The notes under the pieces are model-generated. The model saw only the letters and a program-made list of their open reading frames with translations, did no database searches and was not told where the DNA came from. Source: Candidatus Omnitrophota bacterium (lineage in GTDB: Bacteria > Omnitrophota > Gorgyraeia > JAFGHF01). From it: a DNA stretch of 64,000 bases. The stretch is taken from positions 8,034-72,033 of the forward strand of contig CP070837.1 in NCBI GenBank assembly GCA_020341815.1, in the 5' to 3' direction. Position 1 is the stretch's first letter. Each line of letters opens with the position of its first letter. The position numbers and the translations under genes are program-made. This document shows, piece by piece, positions 10,286 through 19,846 of the stretch.

Positions 10286-10861
10286 CTACCTCATCAATGC
10301 TTCTATCTGTTCAAACAATTGCTGATCGGTAATAATAATTTGACCATTTTTCGTTTTTGCTATCAATGCAGGAATAGACCCTGCATTATTGAATAACATC
10401 CAAGAATTCAACAAAGGCTGATATAGTTTGAAAAAATTACATATTGATCTTTTAAAGCGTCTGCGCACATCTTGAACAGGAACGTTATGGCCGCCTTCTG
10501 CAACTCTATCTTTAATGCGAAATATAGCAAGCTCTGCATTTGGAATCCATAAAAAGAAAAGATGCAGTTTATATCCTTTTCTCTTTAGTTCTTTAAACAG
10601 ATTAACATAAGATTTGCCTGCGAGCGTTGATTCAAAGGCAAAATTAACTCTGGAATTGGCAAATTCATGAATCTGTTGCAAAACAAGTTTTCCTGCTTTT
10701 ATAGCTACAGCTTGCGGAGAAAATGGCGAAAGTCCTTGTGCGATTAAATCTGCATTCACAAAATTTGGGCATTTGACATAATCGGGTAGGAATTTTTTTG
10801 CAAAAGTCGTTTTTCCTGATCCATTAGGCCCTGCTATTATATAAGCATTTCTATTTTCCAT
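10286..10861 (-). CDS. Zeta-toxin-like P-loop ATPase/kinase
   Basis: IAGPNGSGKTT, VNADLIA, FAFESTL, RVAEGGHNVP. Confidence 0.85.
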   Translation of the reverse strand: MENRNAYIIAGPNGSGKTTFAKKFLPDYVKCPNFVNADLIAQGLSPFSPQAVAIKAGKLVLQQIHEFANSRVNFAFESTLAGKSYVNLFKELKRKGYKLHLFFLWIPNAELAIFRIKDRVAEGGHNVPVQDVRRRFKRSICNFFKLYQPLLNSWMLFNNAGSIPALIAKTKNGQIIITDQQLFEQIEALMR

Positions 10862-10893
10862 AGGTTATATTATTCTATTTTTCCAAAGTTTCG

Positions 10894-11292
10894 CTAAACT
10901 ATGCTTTGATTCTTATCAATACAAACACGCACTTTCTCAGGAATAGCCACAGGCGCAAATGAAGTATTAATACAAACAAGTATGACTTTTGCACTAACAA
11001 GAAGCTTATCCGCCCTGCGCACTTCCTGCAGAAACACTAAAGAGGCGTTTTTTATCTTCTCTATTTCGGTGACAATTTCAAGAACATCTCCATAATGGGC
11101 AGGTGCTTTATAGCTTATGGATACATCTCGCACTACAAAGCTAATTCCTTCCTCATCCAGCTTCTTTAAATCCAGGCCCTTTTCCCGCAAATATTCTGTG
11201 CGCCCTTCTTCCAGGTAATTAAGATAATTGGCGTAATAAACCACCCCTCCGGAATCAGTATCGTGATAATAAATCCTCTTATTAATCTTCAC
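10894..11292 (-). CDS. YbgC/FadM-family acyl-CoA thioesterase
   Basis: YYHDTDSGGVVYYANYL.YLEEGRTE. Confidence 0.9.
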   Translation of the reverse strand: MKINKRIYYHDTDSGGVVYYANYLNYLEEGRTEYLREKGLDLKKLDEEGISFVVRDVSISYKAPAHYGDVLEIVTEIEKIKNASLVFLQEVRRADKLLVSAKVILVCINTSFAPVAIPEKVRVCIDKNQSIV

Positions 11293-11318
11293 GCCTTAGG
11301 CCTCTGCTTTGAAAACTG

Positions 11319-11495
11319 CTACCGCATCAAATCGGCAAGCTTTTCTTCAATCAATTTTTTATGTTTTTGCTCTTCCGTAAGCAAATCCGAGAGAAGATCT
11401 TTTAATTCCGGGTGATTAGCCGATAATCTCTGATATAATTCTATCGACTGCTCTTCTTTGGACAAAGCCAATTTCAAAGCCTCTGTTGGGACCAT
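11319..11495 (-). CDS. Small rubrerythrin/ferritin-like protein (58 aa)
   Basis: Hand-translated MVPTEALKLALSKEEQSIELY...LLTEEQKHKKLI; ExxH motif. Confidence 0.65.
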   Translation of the reverse strand: MVPTEALKLALSKEEQSIELYQRLSANHPELKDLLSDLLTEEQKHKKLIEEKLADLMR

Positions 11496-11516
11496 TTTGC
11501 CCCCTTCTTTTTAATC

Positions 11517-11591
11517 TGGGGTGGCTAACGGGATTTGAACCCGCTCTAAGAGAACCACAATCTCTCGTGCTGCCAATACACCATAGCCACC
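11517..11591 (-). tRNA. tRNA-His(GTG)
   Basis: G-1 GTGGCTA acceptor stem, GAGA-TT GTG GT-TCTC anticodon arm, GGTTCAAATCC, CCA end. Confidence 0.93.
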
Positions 11592-11605
11592 ATATTTTTG
11601 ACTAT

Positions 11606-12310
11606 TTATTGTCCTATATTTGCTGCTTCCTCATATGTATCTACTTTTAATAAAGAATGTAAATTCAAAGCAGCCCAAACGGGGATATCCATCTTGATTT
11701 CTGATATCTCACCCTTTTCTCTTCTTCTGACCAGCTCTTCATAGTGTTTAATGCTTCTTCCAAAGAGCTTGTCTAAATATTTTATCAGGCTCCGGCGCTC
11801 TTGATCGGAAATAATAAACGGCAACTCTCCTTGAGGATTGTCCGACTCTGCCGGTTCAATAATCACCCAAACAGCCAGACTGCTGGTCTTTAGCGTATTA
11901 TTCCAGGCCTCACCCTGCTCCCGGGCATATTTGGAAAAAAGAGAAAGATACGCCTCTCTCGGCGGCCTATTTAAAGTCTTTATTAATTTTCCGGCAGCAG
12001 TTTCTATATTGGAAATATCCGCATATATCCCCCTTGCGGTTGCCCTGATTGCCTTATCTCTGCTCTCCAGCCAATCTTTCATAAACTCCTTCGCCTTTTG
12101 CAAACGGGGGACTTGATTGTTTAGATTGCCTAGAAGCTTTTCATATTCTACACCCTCAATACTGTAACGGGCAGCCAATTCCAGTCTATAGAGACAATTA
12201 ATCAAATCGTGCATAAACCGGTAATTCTCTGAATTTCTGGCTGCAAAGGCATTACTGGCAGACAATAAACTAAAAGCGAGGAATAATGAAATTAGCTTAT
12301 TTTTCATCAC
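11606..12310 (-). CDS. Exported hypothetical protein
   Basis: Signal peptide MKNKLISLFLAFSLLSASNAFA. Confidence 0.65.
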   Translation of the reverse strand: MMKNKLISLFLAFSLLSASNAFAARNSENYRFMHDLINCLYRLELAARYSIEGVEYEKLLGNLNNQVPRLQKAKEFMKDWLESRDKAIRATARGIYADISNIETAAGKLIKTLNRPPREAYLSLFSKYAREQGEAWNNTLKTSSLAVWVIIEPAESDNPQGELPFIISDQERRSLIKYLDKLFGRSIKHYEELVRRREKGEISEIKMDIPVWAALNLHSLLKVDTYEEAANIGQ

Positions 12311-12334
12311 TTCACCCCCTTTTTTTCTTAAAAA

Positions 12335-12571
12335 GATGGCGTCCCCGGCACGATGCCTTCAATTCTGATAGATTATATCTTCCGTGGATACGCATTGTTT
12401 GCTCCCCGTTATTATACCAGAAAACGGCTGTCTGTAAAGGGCTATTTTGGCCTGCTTCTTTCCCGGATATACGACTATGCCCGCAACAAATGTCCTGATA
12501 AACTCCTTCTTTCTTTCCGGCTCTCCATAGCCTAATATACCCTTGAAATCATCTAAATAAGACAACATCTT
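12335..12571. repeat. 237-bp direct repeat, copy 1 (att core + recombinase 3' end)
   Basis: Near-identical to 15744-15980; starts with GATGGCGTCCCCGG = tRNA-Arg 3' end. Confidence 0.95.
12359..12568 (-). pseudogene. C-terminal 69-aa fragment of a second serine recombinase copy
   Basis: MLSYLDDFKGILGYGEPERKKEF...EDIIYQN nearly identical to C-terminus of 15768-17405. Confidence 0.9.
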
Positions 12572-12598
12572 ATAAATAAAGAAGTTACAACGGAAAAC

Positions 12599-15433
12599 CT
12601 ATTCCTCGTAAAATATAACTTTTAATCGTATTCGATTTAAATCAATACCGCCAACATTTTCAGGCACCTGCCGGGTCATCGGACTACTGGTGTTAGCTTG
12701 CTGTGGGATTATAGGACTGCTGGGAGCTAACCCTTTTTCTTTGTCTCTTCCAGCCAATTCCATAAGCTTAGGTAATAGCTCTTTGGCTTTGAATCGGCCT
12801 AAACTTCCCTTTTTTGCTTCCTTTTCGGTAAAAATAGTGGTTATATCCGGCTCAATATCGTCAATGATTAATACTGGAACCGGATCACCGCTGTGGCTCA
12901 TTGTTGCAGTGGCGGTTGTATGATCAGCAGTAATCACAACTACTACATCATCTAATGCTTTGCTCTTTAACAAAGGACCAAAAAAGTGTTCATCAATAAG
13001 CTGAGTCACATTTACTTTTCCCTGAGCATCTCCTTTATGTCCAAATGGATCGGGACCTTTCAAATGAACGTAGAGACCGTCACTTTTTTTCAGTTGATCT
13101 TCCACTATTTGTGCAGTTTCTTTATATTCCCGAGGCAAGTCAGCTACATATCTAGGCATTTGAACTAAATTCATTCCGGCAAGTAAACCTATACCTCTTT
13201 CAACCGGCATTTGCTGTACCATTGTCCAGTTCATTCCTCCGGTTTTCTCAGAAAGCGATTTAAGAAACACATCTTTTACGCTGGGGCCGCGAAGAAGGAT
13301 TAAATTTACTGGTACACGGCCTGTTGCTCTGCGTTTTTTATTTATTTCAGAATTATCCATAATTGTGAAGATCTTTTCTACGGCCTCATTTACCAATTTA
13401 CTCAATAGCTGTGTCTTCTCTGTAGGATCTAATCTTGGTTTTACTTTTTGCACTTCATACTTGAAGCTTCCTTCAGGCAAAGATTCAGATGCGTTCTTGC
13501 TGATTTTTTTATACCGGGGGCTTGCATTGGTAACGTCAACGTCCTCAAGAGTATTAAATTTAACTGTAGGAATCCTTATGATTATTACTCCTCGATATTC
13601 TTTAGTAGCGTAAACATAAGCTTTTGCGTTGGAATAAGAAGTTAATTCAAGATTATTATTGATTTCAGCAGCGATTTCTTCAGCCTCTTCTTGAGTTAAA
13701 TCTTTTTGTGCCCGAGGATCTTCGATTTTCAGTAATTCACCTTCCTTATGTCCTGTTCCAAAGTTTAGGCGAAATACAGCATCACCCTCTTGAACATCAG
13801 CGTCAATACCTAAAGCTTCAATTATTCCTCTTCCTGGATAGTCTATATCAGGATCGTAATTCAACATAGCCATCACTGAAGGGTCTGATTCTGGAGCAAA
13901 TCCAGGTTTGATTGGGTCCATCTGCCCCATAGCTCCCTGTTGCACTAACCGAGTTAGATTAGGTAAATTTGCATATTCCAAAGGAGTTTTGCCTCCGAAT
14001 TCTTTAATTCCATATTCTCCGTCACTTACCCCGTCTAAAACAAAATAAACAATCTTTTTCTTTTGGACAAAGCTTTGGTCTTTCACGGGTGAACTCAAAT
14101 TTTCTAATTCTTCTACGCTGTCATAATTAAACCTCTCCGGATTCACGGCGAAACGACTATACGCAAGTGTAATTTCCTCATGTGAAGCCAGACTGGAAAC
14201 TGGGCTCAGTTGCATACCTTCTAGTCCAATGCCTGTTTCATCTGTGATTATCTTCGCATACCATTGTTTACCAAAGGGATCGGCTGCTGTATTAGCAGGG
14301 CTTGATATTGTCTCTACCTTTTTGAATTTAGTACCAGCGAGTATCCCCCCTGAAAAATAATGCTTCTTGGCCATATCAAATTGATAGGGGTCGTATTCCT
14401 GCTGGTAAAAGGAATATTCGCCTTCCTTGTAGGATTTGACATAGGAATCGAAGAAGTCTCTTTTGTTCCAGGGGGTTCTGGAATGAAGCCCGCTGAGGCG
14501 GCCTTGATTGATGTGGTAGTCATACATGGTGCCCTTGCCCCAGTATTTCTGCTTGAAATATTCGGCTAAGATAAGAGAGTAGTATACCTCTCTGATGGGG
14601 GCATAACGCTTTGAATAGTTGACATCGTGCTCTATGACAGGGACGATTACTTCCTTCATTGCAGAGATGGCACAATTTTGAAGGAGCTTCTCCTGTGGGC
14701 TTTGAGTTGAGGTAAGCAGAAGGCCTGCATTGTGTTGTTCTAGGTATTCTGCCTCCAGGCAGACCTTAAGGCTGGCGCTGATAATGTTGACTCTGTCGGT
14801 TCCTCTTTCCTGTAAGATGGCCTCATTAGGCACAATCCAGAGACGGGATAAAGGAAGCGTCTTGAGGTTACTTATGCCGTTTTCTGTAAGGTTTTGCCTT
14901 AATTTGGCCCAGTATCTCTGGCCTATGGGGGTACGGGGATCGGTAAAGCGGGCAGCGTCTTTTTTAAGTTTGAGGTCGGTCTCCAGAAGGACCTTCCCCA
15001 TATCGGTAGCGGTAAGCCGGGGGCTGGCAATCTTATCCGGCTGGACAGGGTTAAGGTTGACCCAGAAGTCTTCCGAAGGTAAGACAAGGCCTAAGAAGAA
15101 GTAGTTGATTAAATCTCTGGCCTTTTGTCGTAATTGTAGGGACAGGGCTGGGCCCTGTCCATTATTGCCCTCATCCAGAACAAAGTCAAAGTAGTTTGAC
15201 TTAGACTGAGGGTTGATGATAAGGCTCCTTAGGACAGGTGGATAGTATTTATCGGTTCTTGCTTCTGAATTGGCAAGAGAGACGGATTTATCCGCAGAAT
15301 AGCTTGATGAGTCCTTGTTCCTTAGGCTGGCACAGAGTAATAAGACGCTAAAGGCTATAAAGAGTACTCCGATTATGCTACAGAGCCATATCCAGAATCT
15401 GTTTTCTTTTACGTTATGTCTTTTCTTTTTCAT
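12599..15433 (-). CDS. Mosaic protein: TM anchor + conserved N-domain + cofactor-independent phosphoglycerate mutase (ApgM-type) cargo + GGIDL tail
   Basis: RBS AAGGAG before ATG 15433; FWVNLNP/RLWIVP/YFSGGI N-domain; LDGVSD, KTPLE, PESD, YPGRG, HLKGPDPFGH, TADH, HSGDPVP ApgM motifs; SSP linkers; VGGIDLN. Confidence 0.85.
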   Translation of the reverse strand: MKKKRHNVKENRFWIWLCSIIGVLFIAFSVLLLCASLRNKDSSSYSADKSVSLANSEARTDKYYPPVLRSLIINPQSKSNYFDFVLDEGNNGQGPALSLQLRQKARDLINYFFLGLVLPSEDFWVNLNPVQPDKIASPRLTATDMGKVLLETDLKLKKDAARFTDPRTPIGQRYWAKLRQNLTENGISNLKTLPLSRLWIVPNEAILQERGTDRVNIISASLKVCLEAEYLEQHNAGLLLTSTQSPQEKLLQNCAISAMKEVIVPVIEHDVNYSKRYAPIREVYYSLILAEYFKQKYWGKGTMYDYHINQGRLSGLHSRTPWNKRDFFDSYVKSYKEGEYSFYQQEYDPYQFDMAKKHYFSGGILAGTKFKKVETISSPANTAADPFGKQWYAKIITDETGIGLEGMQLSPVSSLASHEEITLAYSRFAVNPERFNYDSVEELENLSSPVKDQSFVQKKKIVYFVLDGVSDGEYGIKEFGGKTPLEYANLPNLTRLVQQGAMGQMDPIKPGFAPESDPSVMAMLNYDPDIDYPGRGIIEALGIDADVQEGDAVFRLNFGTGHKEGELLKIEDPRAQKDLTQEEAEEIAAEINNNLELTSYSNAKAYVYATKEYRGVIIIRIPTVKFNTLEDVDVTNASPRYKKISKNASESLPEGSFKYEVQKVKPRLDPTEKTQLLSKLVNEAVEKIFTIMDNSEINKKRRATGRVPVNLILLRGPSVKDVFLKSLSEKTGGMNWTMVQQMPVERGIGLLAGMNLVQMPRYVADLPREYKETAQIVEDQLKKSDGLYVHLKGPDPFGHKGDAQGKVNVTQLIDEHFFGPLLKSKALDDVVVVITADHTTATATMSHSGDPVPVLIIDDIEPDITTIFTEKEAKKGSLGRFKAKELLPKLMELAGRDKEKGLAPSSPIIPQQANTSSPMTRQVPENVGGIDLNRIRLKVIFYEE

Positions 15434-15662
15434 CAAGTCTTCTCCTTTTAAGAATTTTCCATACGCGCTTAAATAAAAAAGCCGGTAAAGTCTATAGTTC
15501 ATCTATAAACTTCGCCAGCCCCTCTCTTAAGTTGCAAAATAATTCGCATACTCCCTATTCCTATTGAGTAATTATAATAGCACAATAAGAGACAAAAATA
15601 AAGATTAATTATTATTTAGCTAATACTTTACTCCAATGATATATGATGGTGGGGCGTAAAAT

Positions 15663-15694
15663 AAAAAGGCGGGACATTTTTGTCCCGCCTTTTT
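15663..15694. terminator. Bidirectional intrinsic terminator
   Basis: AAAAAGGCGGGACA-TTTT-TGTCCCGCCTTTTT. Confidence 0.8.
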
Positions 15695-15743
15695 AGAATC
15701 CGTAACCTCTTATAAATATTTATGTTACAAGAGTATGCGAATT

Positions 15744-15980
15744 GATGGCGTCCCCGGCACGATGCCTTCAATTCTGATAGATTATATCTTCCGTGGATAC
15801 GCATTGTTTACTCCCCGCTATTATACCAGAAAACGGCTGTCTGTAAAGGGCTATTTTGGCCTGCCTCTTCTCTGGATATACGACTATGCCCGCAACAAAT
15901 GTCCTGACAAACTCCTTCTTCCTCTCCGGCTCTCCATAGCCTAATATACCCTTGAAATCATCTAAATAAGACAACATCTT
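15744..15980. repeat. 237-bp direct repeat, copy 2
   Basis: Near-identical to 12335-12571. Confidence 0.95.
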
Positions 15981-17405
15981 CCCTACCGCCTTATCTGCAT
16001 GGCCGTTATGGACCTTTGTTGTAAGACGGCCTTTCTCCTGATATAACTGCTGCCTTTGAAACACATATTTATTGATGATATTTACAGCGCTATCAAGCTC
16101 TATGCCCTTCTCAATGGCCTTTTTCCAGTTTTCTATCTTTAAGGATACCTCTTTTATCTCCTGATCTAACTCGCAGAGCCTCGTATCTGACCTATTTTCC
16201 GCAATTTTGACTATTTTAAGCAGTTCTTCTTTTAATTCCTTCCGCCAGGCAGAATTGTCTATCTTATTCTGTATGTAGCTTATAACAAACTCCTCAAGCT
16301 TATCTGCATCTATATCCCATCTAATACAGGCATTATTGCCATACATATTATAGCCGCCGCATCGATACCTTCTGGCTACTCTGTCTTTTCTTTTATAGCG
16401 GCTGCCCTGGAAATTAGAGCCGCACTTGCCGCATTTCATTATTCCGGTCAAAAGATAATTACTTCCCGGCCTTGTCCCGCAAGACAAGAACCTTCCGCCT
16501 ACAAAGGCCTGTCTTGTCCTGGCCTGAATCAATTCCCAAAGTTCCATGGAAATTATCGGCTGATGAGAGTTTTCTACGACAACCCACTTATCTTTAGGGT
16601 TATATTTGTGCTTGCCGTTTCGTTTATGTATATTTTCCCGGTTATACACTAAGGTTCCAATATAAACATCATTATGCAATATCCGCCAAAGGGATGATTT
16701 TGTCCACTTTTTGCCTCTTGGAGGCGCATAAGGACTTTGGTTAAGATATTCTACAATAGAGCGCACGGATAACCCCTGCTTGGCGAACATTACAAATATA
16801 GTCTTAATAACTTTAGCCTGCTGTTTATTTACGACAAGCTTTATTTTCTGGCCCTTTATGCCCTTTTCTTTGCCTTCCGGCAGAACCTCGCCTATTTTTC
16901 CGCCTTCAACAAGAGCTCTATTATAGCCGTAAGGGGGCCTCCCGCCCATCCAAAAGCCCTGTTTCGCATTATATATCTTACCTCTTAGCGTCTGCCGCCT
17001 GATATTCTTTAGATATTCTGAGGCCTCTGCGCTTTTCACAAAGTTGGTTATTGAAGTTCCTATACTGTCTTCTTTAAAACCTTCCGAGACAAAAACGACT
17101 TTCTTATCTGCTCTTTCAACTTCTACTTCCCAATAGACAGCTTCTTTGGGATTAGTGAACCTGCCCCATCTGGAGATATCATATACAAGTACATATTGAA
17201 AATCATCCTTTAATTTACAGCATTCTATCATTTTGCGAAACTGCGGGCGGCCTTCCACATTTTCGCCGCAGGCCTCTTCCGCAAAAAACTCTATCACTTT
17301 AATAGAATGCTGCTTTGCAAACAGCAATATCTTCTCTTTCTGCTGTTCTAAAGATGTCTCCTGTAAGTCAGTCGATTTTCTCAAGTAGGCAATGGCTTGC
17401 TTCAT
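15768..17405 (-). CDS. Large serine recombinase (resolvase + recombinase + Zn-ribbon)
   Basis: AYLRKST catalytic Ser, RPQFRKMI, YDISRWGR, GGRPPYGY, LTGIMKCGKCG, coiled coil. Confidence 0.93.
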   Translation of the reverse strand: MKQAIAYLRKSTDLQETSLEQQKEKILLFAKQHSIKVIEFFAEEACGENVEGRPQFRKMIECCKLKDDFQYVLVYDISRWGRFTNPKEAVYWEVEVERADKKVVFVSEGFKEDSIGTSITNFVKSAEASEYLKNIRRQTLRGKIYNAKQGFWMGGRPPYGYNRALVEGGKIGEVLPEGKEKGIKGQKIKLVVNKQQAKVIKTIFVMFAKQGLSVRSIVEYLNQSPYAPPRGKKWTKSSLWRILHNDVYIGTLVYNRENIHKRNGKHKYNPKDKWVVVENSHQPIISMELWELIQARTRQAFVGGRFLSCGTRPGSNYLLTGIMKCGKCGSNFQGSRYKRKDRVARRYRCGGYNMYGNNACIRWDIDADKLEEFVISYIQNKIDNSAWRKELKEELLKIVKIAENRSDTRLCELDQEIKEVSLKIENWKKAIEKGIELDSAVNIINKYVFQRQQLYQEKGRLTTKVHNGHADKAVGKMLSYLDDFKGILGYGEPERKKEFVRTFVAGIVVYPEKRQAKIALYRQPFSGIIAGSKQCVSTEDIIYQN

Positions 17406-17562
17406 TAAGCTGTAACTTTCTCCCTTTCAATGACTACTCTTTTATCCTTCTGCTCTTCAAAATACTTGCTGAACATACACTCAATAATAAACTGGTTGAT
17501 TCTTTTTCCTGCTTCCGGCGGCTTCTTCTTTTCCTTGCTCTCCATACCAGGCTCTCCTTCCT

Positions 17563-17769
17563 TTACCTAACCAGATCCTTGCAACTAACGCCAAGGGCTT
17601 TGGCAAGCTCAAAAAGAGTTGTCAAATACATATTGACCCTGCCGTGTTCCACCCGGCTTATATATCCCCGGCTCAACTTGGCCTTTTTAGCCAGCTGCGC
17701 CTGTGTCAGCTTCTTCTCTGAGCGGTAATAGCGTATATTGTCCCCTATCTTCCTTCTCAGCTCTGACAT
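17563..17769 (-). CDS. XRE-family HTH regulator
   Basis: LTQAQLAKKAKLSRGYISRVEHGRVN...LAKALGV; start at MSELRRK with AGGAGG RBS. Confidence 0.88.
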   Translation of the reverse strand: MSELRRKIGDNIRYYRSEKKLTQAQLAKKAKLSRGYISRVEHGRVNMYLTTLFELAKALGVSCKDLVR

Positions 17770-17826
17770 AATACCTTTCCTCCTTTCATCAGTAATTACA
17801 TATGTAATGTTTGAGCACAAAAAAAT

Positions 17827-18021
17827 TTACCAGGTAATTCCCAGCGCCTTTATCTCCTTTATAGTCCTCTCCTGTTTTGGCACTGCCATCCCTAATTCCC
17901 ACCGCGCAATTGTAGTAACAGTTACAACTAATTTTCGCGCAAGTTCTTGTTGCGTCAAATCGCGTTCCTCTCTGTATCTTTTTATTGCCCGGCTAAATTT
18001 TTGCTTATCAATGGTCGTCAT
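17827..18021 (-). CDS. XRE/Cro-family HTH regulator
   Basis: LTQQELARKLVVTVTTIARWELGMAVP. Confidence 0.88.
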   Translation of the reverse strand: MTTIDKQKFSRAIKRYREERDLTQQELARKLVVTVTTIARWELGMAVPKQERTIKEIKALGITW

Positions 18022-18045
18022 CTTCTTCCTTTAATTCTTAAAGAT

Positions 18046-18074
18046 AGCTTATCATATGTAATTACCCTTGTCAA
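18046..18074 (-). promoter_or_regulatory. Sigma70-type promoter with operator in spacer
   Basis: TTGACA-17 nt-TAAGCT on minus strand; spacer holds GTAATTACATATG, also found inverted at 17792-17804. Confidence 0.6.
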
Positions 18075-18109
18075 GTGGTTTTTTTAAAGAATTTCTTTGG
18101 GAGAAAGCT

Positions 18110-18811
18110 TTATTTACGAGGACAAATAGAGCATGGAGATCTATTTGAAATACACGTATAAACGTTTATGCCATCAACTCTATGAAAATCTGCATCAATA
18201 ACAATAAAGTCATTTATGCCAGCTTCTTGCGCAATAGCAATATTAAGAGCATCTGCTGGTAAGATATTATACAGTTCTACAATATTGCACATCTTTTCGG
18301 TGACAGTCTCTGTTGTCTTCGTTTGCAGATGATCTGCTTCTAAAACGGCAATTGGAATAGCCATAATCCTCTCATAATAATATTTTAGTAAATGGTAATA
18401 CTTAGCAATTAATTCGTGATGATCTTTTAATAATTCGGATAATGGATTTTTTCTTCCTTTATCTTTATATTCTTGAATATGCCTATCATAAGGGGTAGTA
18501 AAGAAATCTACAGATTCTACTTTATTTTTCAAAATATAAAAAAAGAACTCATTCAAAACATAATTATCTGTAAATAAACAAATTTCTTCAGATTTCGCTT
18601 TTGTTTCTAAAAGAGTCAAAAAATCACTGCAAATAATATTTATTCTGGAAAAAATTTTCTCTGGAACAGGAAAAAAAGAATTGATGAGAAAAGAAGTATC
18701 TATAAAAAAGAAATCTGGAAAATTAAATCCAGATTTTTTAGTATTATTAAATTTATATATCGTCGCTGGCATAGAAGTTTTTTTTGTTATCTTTTTCAAA
18801 ATATTTCTCAT
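18110..18811 (-). CDS. PIN-domain (VapC-like) protein
   Basis: FFIDTSFL, VLNE, LPADALNIAIA, IDADFHRV; true start may be 18772. Confidence 0.8.
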   Translation of the reverse strand: MRNILKKITKKTSMPATIYKFNNTKKSGFNFPDFFFIDTSFLINSFFPVPEKIFSRINIICSDFLTLLETKAKSEEICLFTDNYVLNEFFFYILKNKVESVDFFTTPYDRHIQEYKDKGRKNPLSELLKDHHELIAKYYHLLKYYYERIMAIPIAVLEADHLQTKTTETVTEKMCNIVELYNILPADALNIAIAQEAGINDFIVIDADFHRVDGINVYTCISNRSPCSICPRK

Positions 18812-19100
18812 TATCTAAGGTAACTTGATCGGGGAAGGTAATATTCGAAATCTCACCTTTCTTTGAAGCCAATATTTTAGCTTTTGCCAAAGCTAATTTA
18901 TAGAATGATTTTAATTTATTCTTTTTTTCTTCTTTTAATTCGCTAAAAATTAAATTATCTGTTACTTTCTTTAAATAGTGCTCCAGGATTCTTTTCTTAT
19001 TAGTAAACCGCATTTCCTCTTGGCTAATCAAGACAACATCTTTATCATCCTCGATATGCCAAATTTCTAGGCCGATATCTTTCTTGAGTATTTTATGCAT
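18753..19100 (-). CDS. Hypothetical protein (~115 aa)
   Basis: Likely start MHKILKK at 19100 overlapping the upstream stop (ATGCATAA). Confidence 0.55.
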   Translation of the reverse strand: MHKILKKDIGLEIWHIEDDKDVVLISQEEMRFTNKKRILEHYLKKVTDNLIFSELKEEKKNKLKSFYKLALAKAKILASKKGEISNITFPDQVTLDNEKYFEKDNKKNFYASDDI

Positions 19101-19701
19101 TTTTATTTTCTTTTTGTTTGATAAAAGCTGCCGAAAAATTCTTTGATTTTTTAATGGTATCCTTAAGATATCCAAAGCTATAACTATTAATGTGCTCCGA
19201 AAGAACTTGAAGAAAGATATCATCTGCCTTACAACGATGACATTTCTGAATATCCAAAATAATAGAATCAACTTCTCTATGCTCTGGAAAAGAAATTCTC
19301 ATACCATTCAAAATTACTTTTCCAAAGCCACTTCTTTTTTCTTCAAAAACCACTGGCAGAGCAGGATCAGTTTCAAAATCTTTCCTTGAATAATGAAATG
19401 TCATTCTTGAAAAAATAGTTATTTTTTCTGTAAAGTTTTTCTCGAAAAAGTCTGAAGTTTTTTTGAAATTCTCTATATCTTTTTTTTCGAAGCTAGGATA
19501 ATCAGGAATAGTAACGGTAAGTTGATAAGCAGTAGTAGAATTTGGTTTTTGTTCAGGCAATTCAATCAGACTAAAAAGTTCTTTCTGTACATGGATAAAG
19601 TTAGAGTATTCTTTATAAAGTCTTTTTTCTATAGCCAATTCAGTAACTAACTTGGCATAATAGAAATGCCTATTTTTTATTAAATTTATAAACTCTTGCA
19701 T
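19093..19701 (-). CDS. Hypothetical protein
   Basis: 202-aa AT-rich ORF, first of a coupled three-gene unit; CHRC motif. Confidence 0.6.
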   Translation of the reverse strand: MQEFINLIKNRHFYYAKLVTELAIEKRLYKEYSNFIHVQKELFSLIELPEQKPNSTTAYQLTVTIPDYPSFEKKDIENFKKTSDFFEKNFTEKITIFSRMTFHYSRKDFETDPALPVVFEEKRSGFGKVILNGMRISFPEHREVDSIILDIQKCHRCKADDIFLQVLSEHINSYSFGYLKDTIKKSKNFSAAFIKQKENKNA

Positions 19702-19846
19702 AGTTTGTGATATCTAATTGTAATATTTATTAACAAAAGTTATTTTAGCACAAATTTCGATAAAAGTCAATTATATTTATAATTGCCCAAATTGTCCAGA
19801 AACATAACTTATTTCCTCTTAAGCAGTTGCAACAATTCACCAATTC

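Larger units (their letters stand above)
12335..15757. mobile_element. Degenerate integrative element 2 (tandem at tRNA-Arg)
   Basis: Bounded by att core copies at 12335 and 15744; truncated recombinase; end (15702-15743) homologous to end of element 1 (25981-26022). Confidence 0.75.

Noticed and set aside
12353-12535. Duplicated plus-strand ORFs (also 15735-15944)
   Set aside because: Antisense shadows of the recombinase 3' end within the direct repeat.
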